NCBI GenBank assembly: GCA_951406725.2 | Contig: OX597816.1 | Location: 52,452,001 to 52,516,000, forward strand | Direction of reading: 5' to 3' | DNA: 64,000 bases | Source of the DNA: Octopus vulgaris | Taxonomy: Eukaryota | In this document: in pieces, positions 25,941 to 39,085 of the stretch | How positions within the stretch are numbered: position 1 is the stretch's first letter | Layout of the letters: each line of letters starts with the position of its first letter | Notes under the pieces: model-generated | Told to the model about the DNA's origin: nothing | Seen by the model: only the letters and a program-made list of their open reading frames with translations | Database searches by the model: none | Made by a program: the position numbers and the translations under genes

Positions 25941-26141
25941 CGCAGAGGTGTTGAAAAGTTCCTGGCTTTGGGTAAAAGAAAATACAGGAGGATCAGTTAA
26001 TTATAATTTTATTGAACATATTTCCTTCTCAGATTCACACACTTATTACAGCAGTCCTACAGCTTTTCTAAGCCCTGTAAAAGAACTCAGAGTTCAGGCT
26101 TCCAATATCCTTAAAGTCAGGAACTTTTCAGCAACCCCTCA
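25941..26141. mobile_element. Mariner-type MITE
   Basis: TIRs gaggtgttgaaaagttcctggcttt / aaagtcaggaacttttcagcaacccctc, with TA on both sides. Confidence 0.75.
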
Positions 26142-27008
26142 TATGTGTACACATACTATTATCATTAGTGTGTCTATTGTGTGTGTATCAGTAATGTTTG
26201 ACTCTCGCTCTCGCTCTCAGTATTCATCTGACAATTTAATATATGCGATCTATTGTGATATATGTAACTTATTGTCATGAAGCTTGAAAAGACATTATTT
26301 TCATAATTTCCAACATTGAAAAAGTGAGTTACATTTCTATTTTACAAGTCTAACTCATGCTAATATGAAAAACAGACGAATAATAATAATGATAATGATA
26401 ATGATTATTATTATTATTATTATTATTATTATTTATAAAGAGCTTTAATAAACCTTTTTTAGATTTTCTTTGTTGGAAGAAATTAGAATGACAGAAAAGC
26501 AAACGAAGATTGAAACCTGAAAAGTTGATATTTGATTTTAAAATAGTGAACTGCAAATGAAATATGAGGCAGAAGACTCAAATGAAACTGGGATATCCTA
26601 AGGATCAGGTAGTAAGTATTGAAATATTAAAAATATAAACTGATTATTTCAATGAATTAACAAACATTAGAGTTATTATAATATCAATTAACCAAGAAAA
26701 ATGTATTTTTAATGCAAAAACCTAGACTTCTTCCAGAAGGTCATGCTCCAGGGTCTCAATGGATGTAGGTACCTTGCCCCTAATCATGACAGCATAATTT
26801 TACTAGTAACTATTTAAAAGCATGTTTTAGGATAAAAATGATCTATGCTGCACATAAATTATATTGTCAAAACTGAAACAAGAAAGTATTTCTTTCAAAT
26901 GTTAAGAATATGTTGTAATGTAAAATGACCAAAAACATAATTAATTTTGAACTAGATACTCAATTAGCTAATGGCAAATAAATCAAGCCTGAAAAGATAA
27001 CTAAAGAC

Positions 27009-27416
27009 AGGCGTAGGAGTGGCTGCGTGGTAAGTAACTTGCTCACCAACCACATGGTTCTGGGTTCAGTTCTACTGCGTGGCACCTTGAGCAGGTATCT
27101 TCTACTATAGCTTCGGGCCGACCAAAGCTTTGTGAGTGGATTTGGTAGATGGAAACTGAAAGAAGCCCGTCGTATATATATATATATATGTATGTGTGTG
27201 TATATGTTTGTGTGTCTGTGTTTGTCCTCCCAACATCGCTTTTCAACCGATGCTGGTGTGTTTAGGTTCCCATAACTTAGCGATTCAGCAAAAGAGACTG
27301 ATAGAATAAGTAATAGGCTTACAAAGAATAAGTGCTGGGGTCGATTTGCTCGACTAAAGGCAGTGCTCCAGCATGGCCACAGTCAAATGACTGAAACAAG
27401 TAAAAGAGTAAAAGAG
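27009..27416 (+). mobile_element. SINE family A
   Basis: Full-length colinear copy. Confidence 0.85.
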
Positions 27417-28500
27417 ATAACTGCATGGTGGGTCCTCTTTCAATCCCACTTTTCAAAACCCTTGTCCAATATCAGTAGTAACATCATTGTTATAATCATC
27501 ACCATCAAGATTATCGTCATCATCAAGTTACCTCCACTCTCCATGTTGTTTTGAGCTGAATGAGTCATCATAACCTGAGTAAATTCTTATTCACAATTGC
27601 TGCTTCCATCAGGAATGGTCAGAAGATCATGCCTTGCACCTCTATTTCATTCTGGTATGGCTTCTATAGCTGGATGCCCTCCCTAACAACAAATATTTTC
27701 AGAGTGTACTGGGCACAGTTTATCATGATACCAGCACTAAAAAGTTTATCATGTCCTTCATAAGACCAATGGAGCCTCCTGGCCTTATGATCTCCACTCA
27801 TTCACCAAACACTTCAGAGAGTGTGTTTGGTGTATTTTGTCATAATGCCAGCACTAGTGAGATTAGCTTGTAACCTACAAAATAAATGTGTTTGCTACCC
27901 TGCATTGTTTCCATTCATGTAGGGCAATGTAAACAATATATTGAGTAGGAGAGAGAGAGAGAAAGTGCAGAATATGAATTGGGCTATACCTGTAAAGTGG
28001 CTGGCATTAGGAAGGGCATCCTGCCATAGAGACCATGCCAAAGCAAAGAAATGGTGCCTTGGCAGCTCTTCAGCTAGCGAGCTTCTGCCAAGTTGTCCAA
28101 CCCATACCAGCTTGGGAAGTGGACGTTAAATGATGATGATCATCATCATTGTAATCACTGTAACACTTCACATTACTCATATGAAATCATTTATGATCTA
28201 CCGTTATCTATACCATTCCCAGACCCTAACATCAAAATAATGTCTCTGTTACACTGCTGATAGTTTTTTTCCCTGTACCTCCATAAACTGTCCGGAGTAA
28301 TTACAACAATATATGAAACAATCAAAATGAAACAGATTAATATAATCTATGTTGTTGAATATTTTACCAAGTACAATACACAAATTTATATGCGCAGCTA
28401 TGTGTACACAATTGCACATATAGTATACACACATACAAACTCACACATACAAATGTATATCTATCTATCTATCTATATATCTATATCTATCTATCTATCT

Positions 28501-28643
28501 AGGAAGGGCATCCAGCTGTAGAAACACTGCCAGATAAGACTGGAGCCTGGTGCAGCCTTCTGGCTTCCCAGATCCCCAGTCGAACCGTCCAACCCATGCT
28601 AGCATGGAGAACGGACGTTAAACGATGATGATGATGATGATGA
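28501..28643 (+). mobile_element. Family B short 3' fragment
   Basis: Family B homology and (GAT)n tail. Confidence 0.8.
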
Positions 28644-30429
28644 TATATATATATATATTATATGAAAGAAAGAATATATCCTTTATTTCAAAAGAAATAT
28701 GTTATGTTTATGGAGAGAAGTTTCTCTTTGTTGTGTATTTGGCATAAGTTTAGAGTAAAAAGAATTATTTGTAACAAGCCCTTCAGATAAATATTTAAAG
28801 TTTTGATGTTATTATTTGCTCCTACAATTGTAAATATATTTCTTGTATTTTCTTTATTGTTACAATACTCTTTATATGTATGAATTTAAAACACTGGTTC
28901 ACTTAAGTACTAACAAAATATAAATGTCTTTTTTTTTTCTAAACTATGTCCTATATCAAAGATTCACAGATCAAAGAGTCTAAAAGAACTTAAATATGTG
29001 GTATTATCTTAAAGTACATTTTTCCTTCAGTGAATATTTATAGTAAAACTTATATACATATACATAGAACCATGAATTCAAATCTGATTTTTGTGGGCTG
29101 ATGGAACAGCCACGCACCAAATTGGCTCTGGTGAATTGACAAAGCCGTCAAAATATCAGATAAATGTCTTTTAGTATTTATGCCAACTTCTTGCATTTTG
29201 AGTTCAAATCCAACTGACATCAACTTTTCCTTTCATCTTTTTGAGGTTGATAAATAAAGTACTAGTTTAGGGGAGTGAGCAGGCAGGATTATTACACTGT
29301 CGGGCTGGATGCCAAGCAGTATTTATTTTTGACCCACTGTGGATCTGAGTTCAAATCTCACCATGTCTGTTTAATCCATCACCCAGTTTAACATCACCAT
29401 CTCTGTACATTGGGTGCTTTTAGCAGAGTTCACTCTCTTACAAACATCTGTATCAAGTCTTCAGTATAGATATACCATCCTTCTACTAGTCTCAGAGACA
29501 CTTTTTAAAGAGAGCCATGTCTACTGTCTTTCTTCTTGACTAAACAATAAAACAAAGGGTTTCCATGTTTTCTAATACATTATAAGGATAGTTTATCTCT
29601 TATCTTTTACATGTTTCAGCTATTAGACTGTGACCATGCTGGGGCACTACCTAGAAGGCTTATTCAAACAAATCGACCTCAGCACTTAATTTTTTTTTAA
29701 AGTCTGGCACTTATTCTATTGGTCTCTTATGAGTTCATGACTTTCATGAGTTGGTGAAGAGAACTCCTTACTCATATAGCTAAGCCTGCATCCACATTTT
29801 TAGACATATATAACACTGTGTAACACAATTTTTACCCCTGGGTAACAATTGTTATTTCCTATTTGCTTACTCCTAGAAAGTATGAAAAATGGCTAATATT
29901 TCCTTCAAACTTTGCTTTTGTTACATTTATTTAAACCCCAAAGAATCCTTCTCAACACATGGCTATGATGCTCCCCCACTACTCCCGCTCAGGACCAGAG
30001 ATGCACATATTGTCAGCAATTAAGGGATATGCTCAAATGGTTAAGGCCAAGCAACTGACAAGCAAATCTGTGGTGTTGAGCTGAATATAGGCTATAACGA
30101 TATTTTTGCTTCAGTAACTCAGTGCTGAATCTCTCTGAAATTATAATGCAAGATAGATTTGTCTCTAAATATTGATGTCCAGGTCACAAAAGTAAAGCTT
30201 GAAGGGAATAGTAATCATTTCCTTCAATTTTTAGATAGAAGCAAATAGGAAATAACACTTTCTGATCAAAGACAAAAAAAATTGTTACACAGTATAATCT
30301 ATCATTAATTGTGCTTGCACTTATCGAGTGTTTCCAGAATTCTTTTTATGGATGAAGGTATGGCTGTGGGGTTATATAGGATCTCAATTGGGCATATGTA
30401 TATATATATATCACAAGCCCACCACCCAC

Positions 30430-30680
30430 CGTCAAAAATTGTGGTCACTCTAACTTCGGGACCTGCATCCACCTCATTGAAGGGACAATATATAAATTCA
30501 AATCATATCACACTTTTGTCTTTAAAAATAACTTCACCTGTGCATCAAAAAATTTACTTTATGCCATTAGGTGTGAAGGGTGCCACAAAACTACATAGGG
30601 CAGACTAGTCTTACCCTCAGAGATAGGATGACAGTCCATCACCAACAATTGAGGGATACCATACAGTACCCCTACCATGC
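30430..30680 (+). mobile_element. Penelope-like GIY-YIG endonuclease fragment (frameshifted)
   Basis: FTCASKNLLYAIRCEGC/QNYIGQTSLTLRDRMTVH matches the PLE GIY-YIG pattern, with a Cys-rich linker upstream. Confidence 0.75.
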
Positions 30681-31410
30681 ACAACAAGCACACACAGATG
30701 CAATGCAAACCTTCCACACAAACACACACACATACATAGACACATGCATAAACACAATATCCCCATGCTCAAGCACAAACCCACACACATTCCAAGAAAA
30801 AAACACACACAATGCAATATGATTCTGGCAATCACAACCAACACTCACATACATACACACATACATTAATATGTGCATGCACACTTACACATACTACTCT
30901 GACAATTACAAGATACACTCACTCAAATACACCCACACATACGCAGATACACACACAAACATGCAAATAAAGCACAACCCACCTACACACATACACAATA
31001 ACACACACCACTCTGACAAATACAACACACACAGACACACTCACACAAACACACCCACAGGTATACACACACACTGCACAAACAATACAAATAAAACAAC
31101 TCACAATAATACACCCAAACATATGCACACACCACACAGAAAAATAACATATACACACACACGCATGCACATGTACACACGCACACTTCACTACAACAAA
31201 TATACCACGCACACACATCCAAAAACCACACCCACATATACACATGCATACACACAAATGCATACTCAGTACAAACATGCACACCAGCACTGGCTGTCAA
31301 GTGGTGATGGGGGGAAGAAACACAGACACAAAGACAGTCACACATAGATATATATACATACATATTTACATATGCACATGCACACACACATGCATGCACA
31401 CACACTCATA
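30680..31410. repeat. Degenerate CA-rich low-complexity tract
   Basis: Seen directly. Confidence 0.85.
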
Positions 31411-31415
31411 TATAT

Positions 31416-31900
31416 CATCTCATCATCATCATCATCATTGTTTAACATCCGGGTTGGACGGTTCAACTGGGCTCTGGGGAGCCAGTAGGCTGTGCCATGC
31501 CCAGTCTGATCTGGCAGTGTTTCTACAGCTGGATGCCCTTCCTAACACCAACCACTCCATGAGTGTAGTGGGTGCTTTTTACGTGCTACCTGCACAGGTG
31601 CCAGACGAAGCTGGCAAACGGCCAGGATCAGATGGTGCTTTTTACGTGCCACCTGCACAGCTGCCAGACGAGGCTGGAAAACGGCCACAATCGGATAGTG
31701 CTTTTTACGTGCCACCAGCACGGAGGCCAGTCGGGATGGCGCTGGCAACAACCACGTTCGGATGGTTCTCTTATGTGCCACCGGCACTGGTATCACAGCT
31801 ACAATTTCCATTGATGTTGATCGATTTCGATTTTGATTTTCACTTGCCTCAACAGGTCTTCACAAGTAGGGTTTGTATCACAAGAAGGAAAGGCATGCAT
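31416..31900 (-). mobile_element. Family B (RTE 3' end) with tandem 63-bp modules
   Basis: gtgctttttacgtgc repeated at ~63 bp spacing. Shares caatttccatt(t)gat with 142-680. Confidence 0.8.
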
Positions 31901-32820
31901 ATATAATATATATACACACAACAGGCTTCTTTCTGTTTCCATTTACCAAATCTACTCACAAGTCTTCTGCCAAATCCTTGTAAGGCTATAGTAGAAGACA
32001 CTTGCCCTGGGTGTCACACATTGGGACTACACCTTGAAACATGTGGTTGAGAATCAAGCTTCTAACCTCACAGCCACATCTGTGTATATGTGCATATCTT
32101 ACACTAATGTATATCAGTAATTGATGGAACCAGCTGAAAAACTGATACTCTTAGAAGAAAGTCCTTTCAGATCTTACAGTTAGAAATGCAGTAAACCAGT
32201 GACTAGCCTATTAGAAATCAGTAATTTACATTGCTATTTTTCATTAATTCTGATATAAAACATATAAATTACATAAATCATAAAATATGAAAATAAAAGA
32301 AGCTTGTATTTTGCTGATTATTTTAAGCTGTAGCATTTATTTCATTGTCTTAATTTAATATTTGCTTCAGTTATTATTTTTCACTAAAGGTTGGCTTATC
32401 TGTTACAGATTTTTGCTTTCTGTCTGAAATAATCCACCTGATACTTTCACCGATACTTTCAAAGAGATGAAAAGTTCTTATGGAGATATTATCTGTTCAG
32501 CTATGATAAATCAGTTATCTTATCACTTTTGAATACAAGACTAAAACTCTGGGGGGAATGAAATTGGCTCCAGCATGATAATCTATCAGCAAATATTTTT
32601 TGAGATCAATAAAAATTATATAATGGAAGAAATATTACTATTCCGCATATGGCCAATACCTCTTAGTTAGACATCCTGTATCTTTATGGCTGATGGCATG
32701 GCTGTGTAGTTAAGAATTTTATTTTGCAACTACTTGGTTCTCAGCTTTGATCTTACTATGTAACACCTTGCGCAAATGCTGTTTATCACAGACTTGATAA
32801 AAGCTATATTTGTGAAAATT

Positions 32821-32966
32821 GACGTAGGAGTGACTGTGTGGTAAGTAGCTTGCTTACCAACCACATGGTTCCAGGTTCAGTCCCACTGTGCAGCACCTTG
32901 GGAAAGTGTCTTCTACTATAGCCTTGGGCCGACCAAAGCCTTGTGAGTGGATTTGGTAGATGGAAA
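32821..32966 (+). mobile_element. SINE family A, 5' part
   Basis: Family A homology. Confidence 0.8.
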
Positions 32967-33162
32967 GGTTGCAAGATGCAACGAAAATTTTAGGATAATG
33001 AAAATAAGAAATAAGTGGAAATTTAACCGGTGAGTGTGTTACATTATAAGGCACATAAAGAAAATGACTTGCCCCAGACACAACAGAATATGCCTCAACA
33101 CACGAACTCATATAAAGAGTCTTGCAAACCAAATCCCAAAACGAAATATATATATATATATA

Positions 33163-33450
33163 TGTGGAGGCACAATGGCCTAGTGGTTAGGGCAGCGGAC
33201 TCGTGGTCGTAGGATCGCTGTTACGATTCCCAGACCGGGCGTTGTGAGTGTTTATTGAGCGAAAACACCTAAAAGCTCCACGAGGCTCCGGCAGGGGGTG
33301 GTGGTGATCCCTGCTGTACTCTTTCACCACAACTTTCTCTCACTCTTTCTTCTGTTGACCTGCTCGCTTAGCCAGCGGGGTGGCATCATTTAAGGCTAAA
33401 ACAATGTGAAGCACATTGTGACCAGTGATGTGTAGCAACATGTGATCACG
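33163..33450 (+). mobile_element. tRNA(Arg)-derived SINE (family R)
   Basis: tRNA-like head with TCG at the anticodon position (ggactcgtggtc). The 3' tail differs from other copies. Confidence 0.8.
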
Positions 33451-34329
33451 TGATATATATATATACTTATATACATACATACATACATACATATCATACA
33501 TACACATGTACACGTGTTTATTATTAATCAGCAAAAGCTAAAGTCACTCAAGGACCAAGAGCTTCATGTATTGGCCCTTGGGTCACTCTGTAACGTCTAC
33601 TGATTATTAATTTAAAACATATATATACTCTTGTTTTGAGCTATATTTTCCTCCTTGCAACACCAAACCTCTCTCTTTCTGTCCCTCTCTCTCTCTCTCT
33701 CCATGCCAGCATGGAAAACAGACATTAAATGATGATAATCATATATACGTGTGTATGTATGTGTGTGCGTGTGTGATGAATTTCTGCAGATTTTCCACTA
33801 ACCAATTTCACTTCCAAAGCATTAGTCAGGCTATAATGGAAGAAAATTGCCAATGATGCTACACTGTAGGACTAAATCCAAAATTTCATGGCTACAAGGT
33901 AAAATTCTTAACCACTCAGCTATGACTGATCCTCAATCTGATACATGATAAAAAAAAAAAGTAATTTCTAACATAAGAAGAAATCAAAACGATTTTATTA
34001 TGGGTATTTTTGATAAAAAATTTACCTCAGTAAATGACTGTTATTTTATTTTATCAATCCTGAAAGAATGAAAGGGGACGTTTACCTTGCAGATTCTGAA
34101 CTCAGAAGGTAAAGAGACATAACCTAACAGCATTACACATTCTGTTTGCAGCCCCAAATATTTTTCCGGAATTGTTTTATTTTTTTCAGTCTTTGAATAG
34201 TTTCAGCCACTGATTTCTAGCCATGTGTGACAGAGCCATCATAATGACTCGAGTACTTAGCATAGTAATATCATTGGCTGAGTTTATCTATTGAATGGCT
34301 GAATAAAACTATTTTCCAGTTTTATGACC

Positions 34330-34680
34330 CCTTAGTGATGTAAACACTTGCAAAGAATTTACACCAGTATTTACAAGACTCTCACAAACATATTACCATT
34401 TATTTTCTTTCTAAAATCCACAACTCCAACAACTCTGGCCACTCCTTTGTTTCTGCCGGTGGTTGTCCCACAGGACTCATCTTGAATTCATCATGTAGTC
34501 CTGTTAATTCAAACATGTTTTTCTCTCCATTTTCCCACCTCTATCTGTTTTCTCTCTTCATTTCTTTCTATAGAAAAACATAAGCTCAAAATGCCAAAGA
34601 TGTCTTCCATTATTCCAGAACCTCAAACTAATACACCATTTTTGTTGTTCTTTCACCTGTCTAAATGCCTTTTGTATATA
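34330..34680 (+). mobile_element. Penelope-like RT fragment plus decayed family P terminal repeat
   Basis: 34398-34481 reads IYFLSKIHNSNNSGHSFVSAGGCPTGLI, resembling the PLE motif FYxLPKIHK..PGRPIVS..GxPT. 34540-34680 aligns weakly to family P. Confidence 0.55.
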
Positions 34681-35623
34681 TATATATATTATATTAAATT
34701 AGAGATAAAATATGATGCATAACAGGCACCCATACTGGTGGCACATAAGAGATAAATATATATATATATATGTTTTTCAATATCATCACCATCGTCATCA
34801 TTTAGCGTCTGGTTCCCATGCTGGCATGGGTTAGGCAGTTTGACTGGAGTTTGTAAGCCAAAGAGTCACACCAGGCTCCAGTTATCTGTTTTAGCCTGGT
34901 TTCTGTGGTTGGATGCTCTTCCTAATGCCAACCACTCCATAGAGTGTACTGAGTCTCTTTTACATATCACTGACAAGTGTGCCTCTTATATGCCACCAGT
35001 ATGGGTGCCTGTTATGCATCATATTTCTTTATTGCCCACAAGGGGCTAAACATAGAGGGGCCCAAACAGGTAAATAGGTTTACCTGTTCCACTCCTTCAA
35101 ATTTCGTATATCATCAACATCATCATCATTGTCATCAACATTTAACATCCATTTTCCATGCTGGCATGAGTTGAATGGCCTGACAGGAAATGGCAAGGCC
35201 AGGGGCTACACAAAGATACATAATTTGTTTTGGCTTGGCTTTTATGGCTGGGTACCCTTCCTAATGCCAACCACTTTACAGAGTGAGTCAATTTGTTCTT
35301 TATAATAAATTTGACTCAACTTAGAATGGCATCACATCACAAATAAATGCACAGTTATTACTTGTGAAAGCACTTTGAAATAATAACAGTATTCTAACAT
35401 TTCTACTCTTTTTACTTGTTTCAGTCATTTGACTGTGGCCATGCCGGAGCATAGCCTTTAGTCAAGCAAATCGATCCCAGGACTTATTCTTTGTAAGCCT
35501 AGTACTTATTCTATCGGTCTCTTTTGCTGAACCGCTAAGTTACGAGGATGTAAACACACCAGCATCGGTTGTCAAGAGATGTTGGGGTAAAACACAAATA
35601 CACACACACACATATATATATAT

Positions 35624-35912
35624 TATTTTTAGATATAATTGAGTTACTTAAATGCACTTGTGTTATTCGCTTCGGCTGTTTCCATAAACGCATGTGAGTA
35701 CCTTAATTATATTCTCTCATAAGCTCAACTGATGAGGAACGAATCCTTATGTGGTTAATTCCGAAATTGATTCAATATTGAGGTAACGAAATTTAAACGT
35801 TCCAATGGTTAGTTGCCCGAATTTCAGTTCAATTTTCTGTAGCAAGCAGATTAAATGTGGAATATCAGTATATTGGCTTTAGAATAATCTTCTTTAGCCC
35901 TTGCTTATAAGA
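35624..35912 (+). mobile_element. ~290 bp hammerhead-bearing insertion in the (TA)n tract of a SINE (Penelope pLTR/retrozyme-like)
   Basis: Interrupts the SINE-A copy at 35404-36098 exactly in its internal microsatellite. TA repeats flank both sides. Confidence 0.65.
35724..35782 (+). ncRNA. Type I hammerhead ribozyme motif in a Penelope/retrozyme-like insert
   Basis: ctcaa-CTGATGA-ggaa(19 nt)ttcc-GAAA-ttgattcaa-TA-ttgag. Stem I is 5 bp, stem II is 4 bp, stem III is near-palindromic. Confidence 0.75.
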
Positions 35913-36940
35913 TATACATATATATATATATATACAAGGAGCTTCTTTCAGTTTCTGTCTACCAAATCCACTCACAAGGCTGTGATTGGCCCGAAGCTAT
36001 AGTAGAAGACACTTGCCCAAGGTGCCATGCAGTGGGACTGAACCCAGAACCATGTGGTTCGTTAGCAAGCTACTTACCACACAGCCACTCCTAAGCCTAT
36101 TTCTGCACATTTTCTATGCATAAAACTTCATGCAGTATTGATCAATCCAAAACTATGGGAGAAGACACTTGTACATAGTGTAATACACAAGGATCAAATC
36201 CAAATTGAATGGTTGGAAAGAAAATTTCTTTAAGTGCATTGGTGCAAAGGTAGCACAGCTACTCTTGCACCAATGTATACAAAGATTTCAAGTCATATTC
36301 AGTTTTGCTGGGTTTTTTTATTTTTAATGAATTGACTGTAGTGCTGATTTACTCAACAACAACAAGAACCTAGCATTGTTAATAATAATGACATGTAAAA
36401 ATAGATAAGGCAGGAAACAAAATAACTTGTGCAGAAATAAATTAAAATTGGTAACAAATCGAAAACTAGATGTTTATGATTGAGCTAAAATCCTATTTTG
36501 TAAAAAAAAGCAAATTAGTTAATTATATCAGAGAGTGATACACTATGCAACTATATAAACATTCTCAAAAATCTTAAAAGATTTTATTCGATTTACTTTC
36601 TAACATTGCAATGAAAGAAAAAGAAAGATTTTGATTGAAATAACAAAAACTTTTATTAGAATAATATTTCTTAAAAAATGAAAAAAATATTCTAAAGTAT
36701 CGCTGGTGTTTACATACTCCTTAGTATTGGAACTTTAAGCAGTCACAGAGAGGAAGGAATCAAGATTTTTACAGACAAAATATTAAAGAAATTATTCAAT
36801 GTACAACGGGCTTAACTGCAAGAGTTTAAGTCAAACAAACTTCAGCACTTGAGCAAGGACTCATAAGATCTATTTTCTTTTATTTTTCCATTTTTTGCAA
36901 GACAAGTGGTACTTCATCTGACAGACAAGAGAAAGCAAAA

Positions 36941-36991
<51 letters not shown>

Positions 36992-37602
36992 TGAATACAT
37001 ATATACATAAATGAAAATATATACATGTATATTAATGAATATATATATATATATATATACATACACCTAAATTAATTTAAGGAGACTAAAGAAATTAATT
37101 CTCATGTTTGCATAACTTCCTCCTGAAGAGTAATTGCAAGAAGAATTAATTGAAAAATAAAAATGCCTCGTAACTCATATAATTTTAGCAATCCCATTTG
37201 TTATTGTTGTTATATTTGGCTTTTTTTTTTTTTTTTTTTTTTTTTGCAATAAGCATGAAATAATTAGAAGTTACAGCCGAAACTTCCATGAGGGACTTCA
37301 GGCTTCTTGCTCAAGTTATTTGAATTATGAATACTAAAGCAAATGACAAAAACCAAAATTTCTAAGATTATTGGAAAAGTCAGTTGGCTTTTTTGTTCAT
37401 TCACTTCTATTTTATTACACACATATACACACATATATTTTATTACACACATATACTTTCATGTACATATGCATATAAGTGCACATACACACATGCATAC
37501 ACATGCTCCTATCCTTCAAATACTTTGTTGAAAAAACAGCTTAGACATGACATTTGTCACTAGCTTCAACAGTTATTTTCTTTTTAGGGAGGCTGCAAAT
37601 AA

Positions 37603-37634
<32 letters not shown>

Positions 37635-37679
37635 ATTTATCTAATTCATCAGTCTATATACATCAATAACGATAAACAT

Positions 37680-37990
37680 CGCCCTTTTCAAGCCTAGCCA
37701 GGTTCATGGGCCTGGTTTCTCGGTTTCTGTGGCATAGGTGTCCCCCCCCCCCCCCAGCTGGACAGGATGCCAATCCATCGCAGCATTACTCAAGAAACAG
37801 GAAGAAAGATTGAGAGAAAGTTGTGGTGAAAGAGTACAACAGGGGTCGCCACCACCCCCTGCCAGAGCCTCATGTAGCTTTTAAGTGTTTTTGCTCAATA
37901 AACACACACAATGCCTGATCTGGGAATCGAAACCGCGATCCTCCAACCGCAAGTCTGCTGCCCTAACTACTGGGCCATTGTGCCTCCACA
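37680..37990 (-). mobile_element. tRNA(Arg)-derived SINE (family R)
   Basis: Colinear with 49236-49544. Confidence 0.8.
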
Positions 37991-38189
37991 TATACATCAA
38001 TACTAGTATTTATATATGCACAAGAATGCCCAGTACACTCTGTAAAGTGGCTGGTGTTAGGAAGGGCATCCAGCCATAGAATCTATGCCATAATAAACAA
38101 CTGGATCCAGGCAGCTCTCCAGCCAGCTAGTTCCTGTCAAAGCATTCAACCCTCGCCAGCATAGAGAATGGATATTAAATGATAATGGT

Positions 38190-38307
<118 letters not shown>

Positions 38308-38720
38308 TGTAGTGAAAATTTGAAGCTTCTTGCCCATTTCTGGCTGTTTAGGCATACATTTTGAAACTTGGGATTCAATATAAAAAAATATTCTACTTTA
38401 TGTATTAAGTATTTCACTCCTATTTGTAAAGGCAGATATTTACTAATACATTTATAAATTTATATATTAGGTACACACACACACATATATGTGGAATTTA
38501 ATGCAGGTATAATTCAAATATTTTTACTTCCAACACTTTGAATTATACTTGCGTTAAACTCCATTTGTTTATTTATACAAAAAATTCCACATAAACCCGA
38601 AGTTTCTACCTTTAAAAACAAGGAGTTACAACTTCTTTACTTGTGTGATCTTTTGCTACCCTGGTAACTATTTATCTATTTTTTTCCCATGTTAATTGTT
38701 AACAAAAGAAAAATACACAC

Positions 38721-38752
<32 letters not shown>

Positions 38753-38754
38753 TC

Positions 38755-39085
38755 ACTGCACTGTAAGAAGTTTGCTTGCACATGGCTTCAGGTTTGCTCC
38801 CTCCATCACCACCATCTTCTTGCATCTACCCCTTCCACAGGTTCTCTCCACGATTAGAGATCAGCACTTCTTTATGCAGTTGTCCTCACCCATATGACCA
38901 TACCATGGCCATACCAGTGCAGTCTTCTCTCTGGCACACTACAACTGATGCCTCTTAATCTAAATTTTTCTCTTAAATCATTTACACTCTATAATATATA
39001 TATACATACTGACATTACCCATCCAGCAGAGCAGGCTGCCTTCATTTCTTTCAAGCATTCACATATTCTCTATAGTCATATCCCA
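38755..39085 (-). mobile_element. RTE LINE C-terminal fragment
   Basis: Reads LERNEGSLLCWMGNV..LREKFRLRGISCSVPERRLHWYGH. Confidence 0.7.

Larger units (their letters stand above)
35404..36098 (-). mobile_element. SINE family A interrupted by the hammerhead-bearing insert
   Basis: Both halves are colinear with the family consensus. Confidence 0.85.

Noticed and set aside
31570-31790. Regularly spaced gtgctttttacgtgcc motifs look CRISPR-like
   Set aside because: The spacers are homologous to each other, the array is inside a eukaryotic retroelement UTR and there are no cas genes.
33166-33240. tRNA-Arg(TCG)-like sequence
   Set aside because: The acceptor and T stems are disrupted and it continues into a SINE body, so it is a SINE head rather than a tRNA gene.
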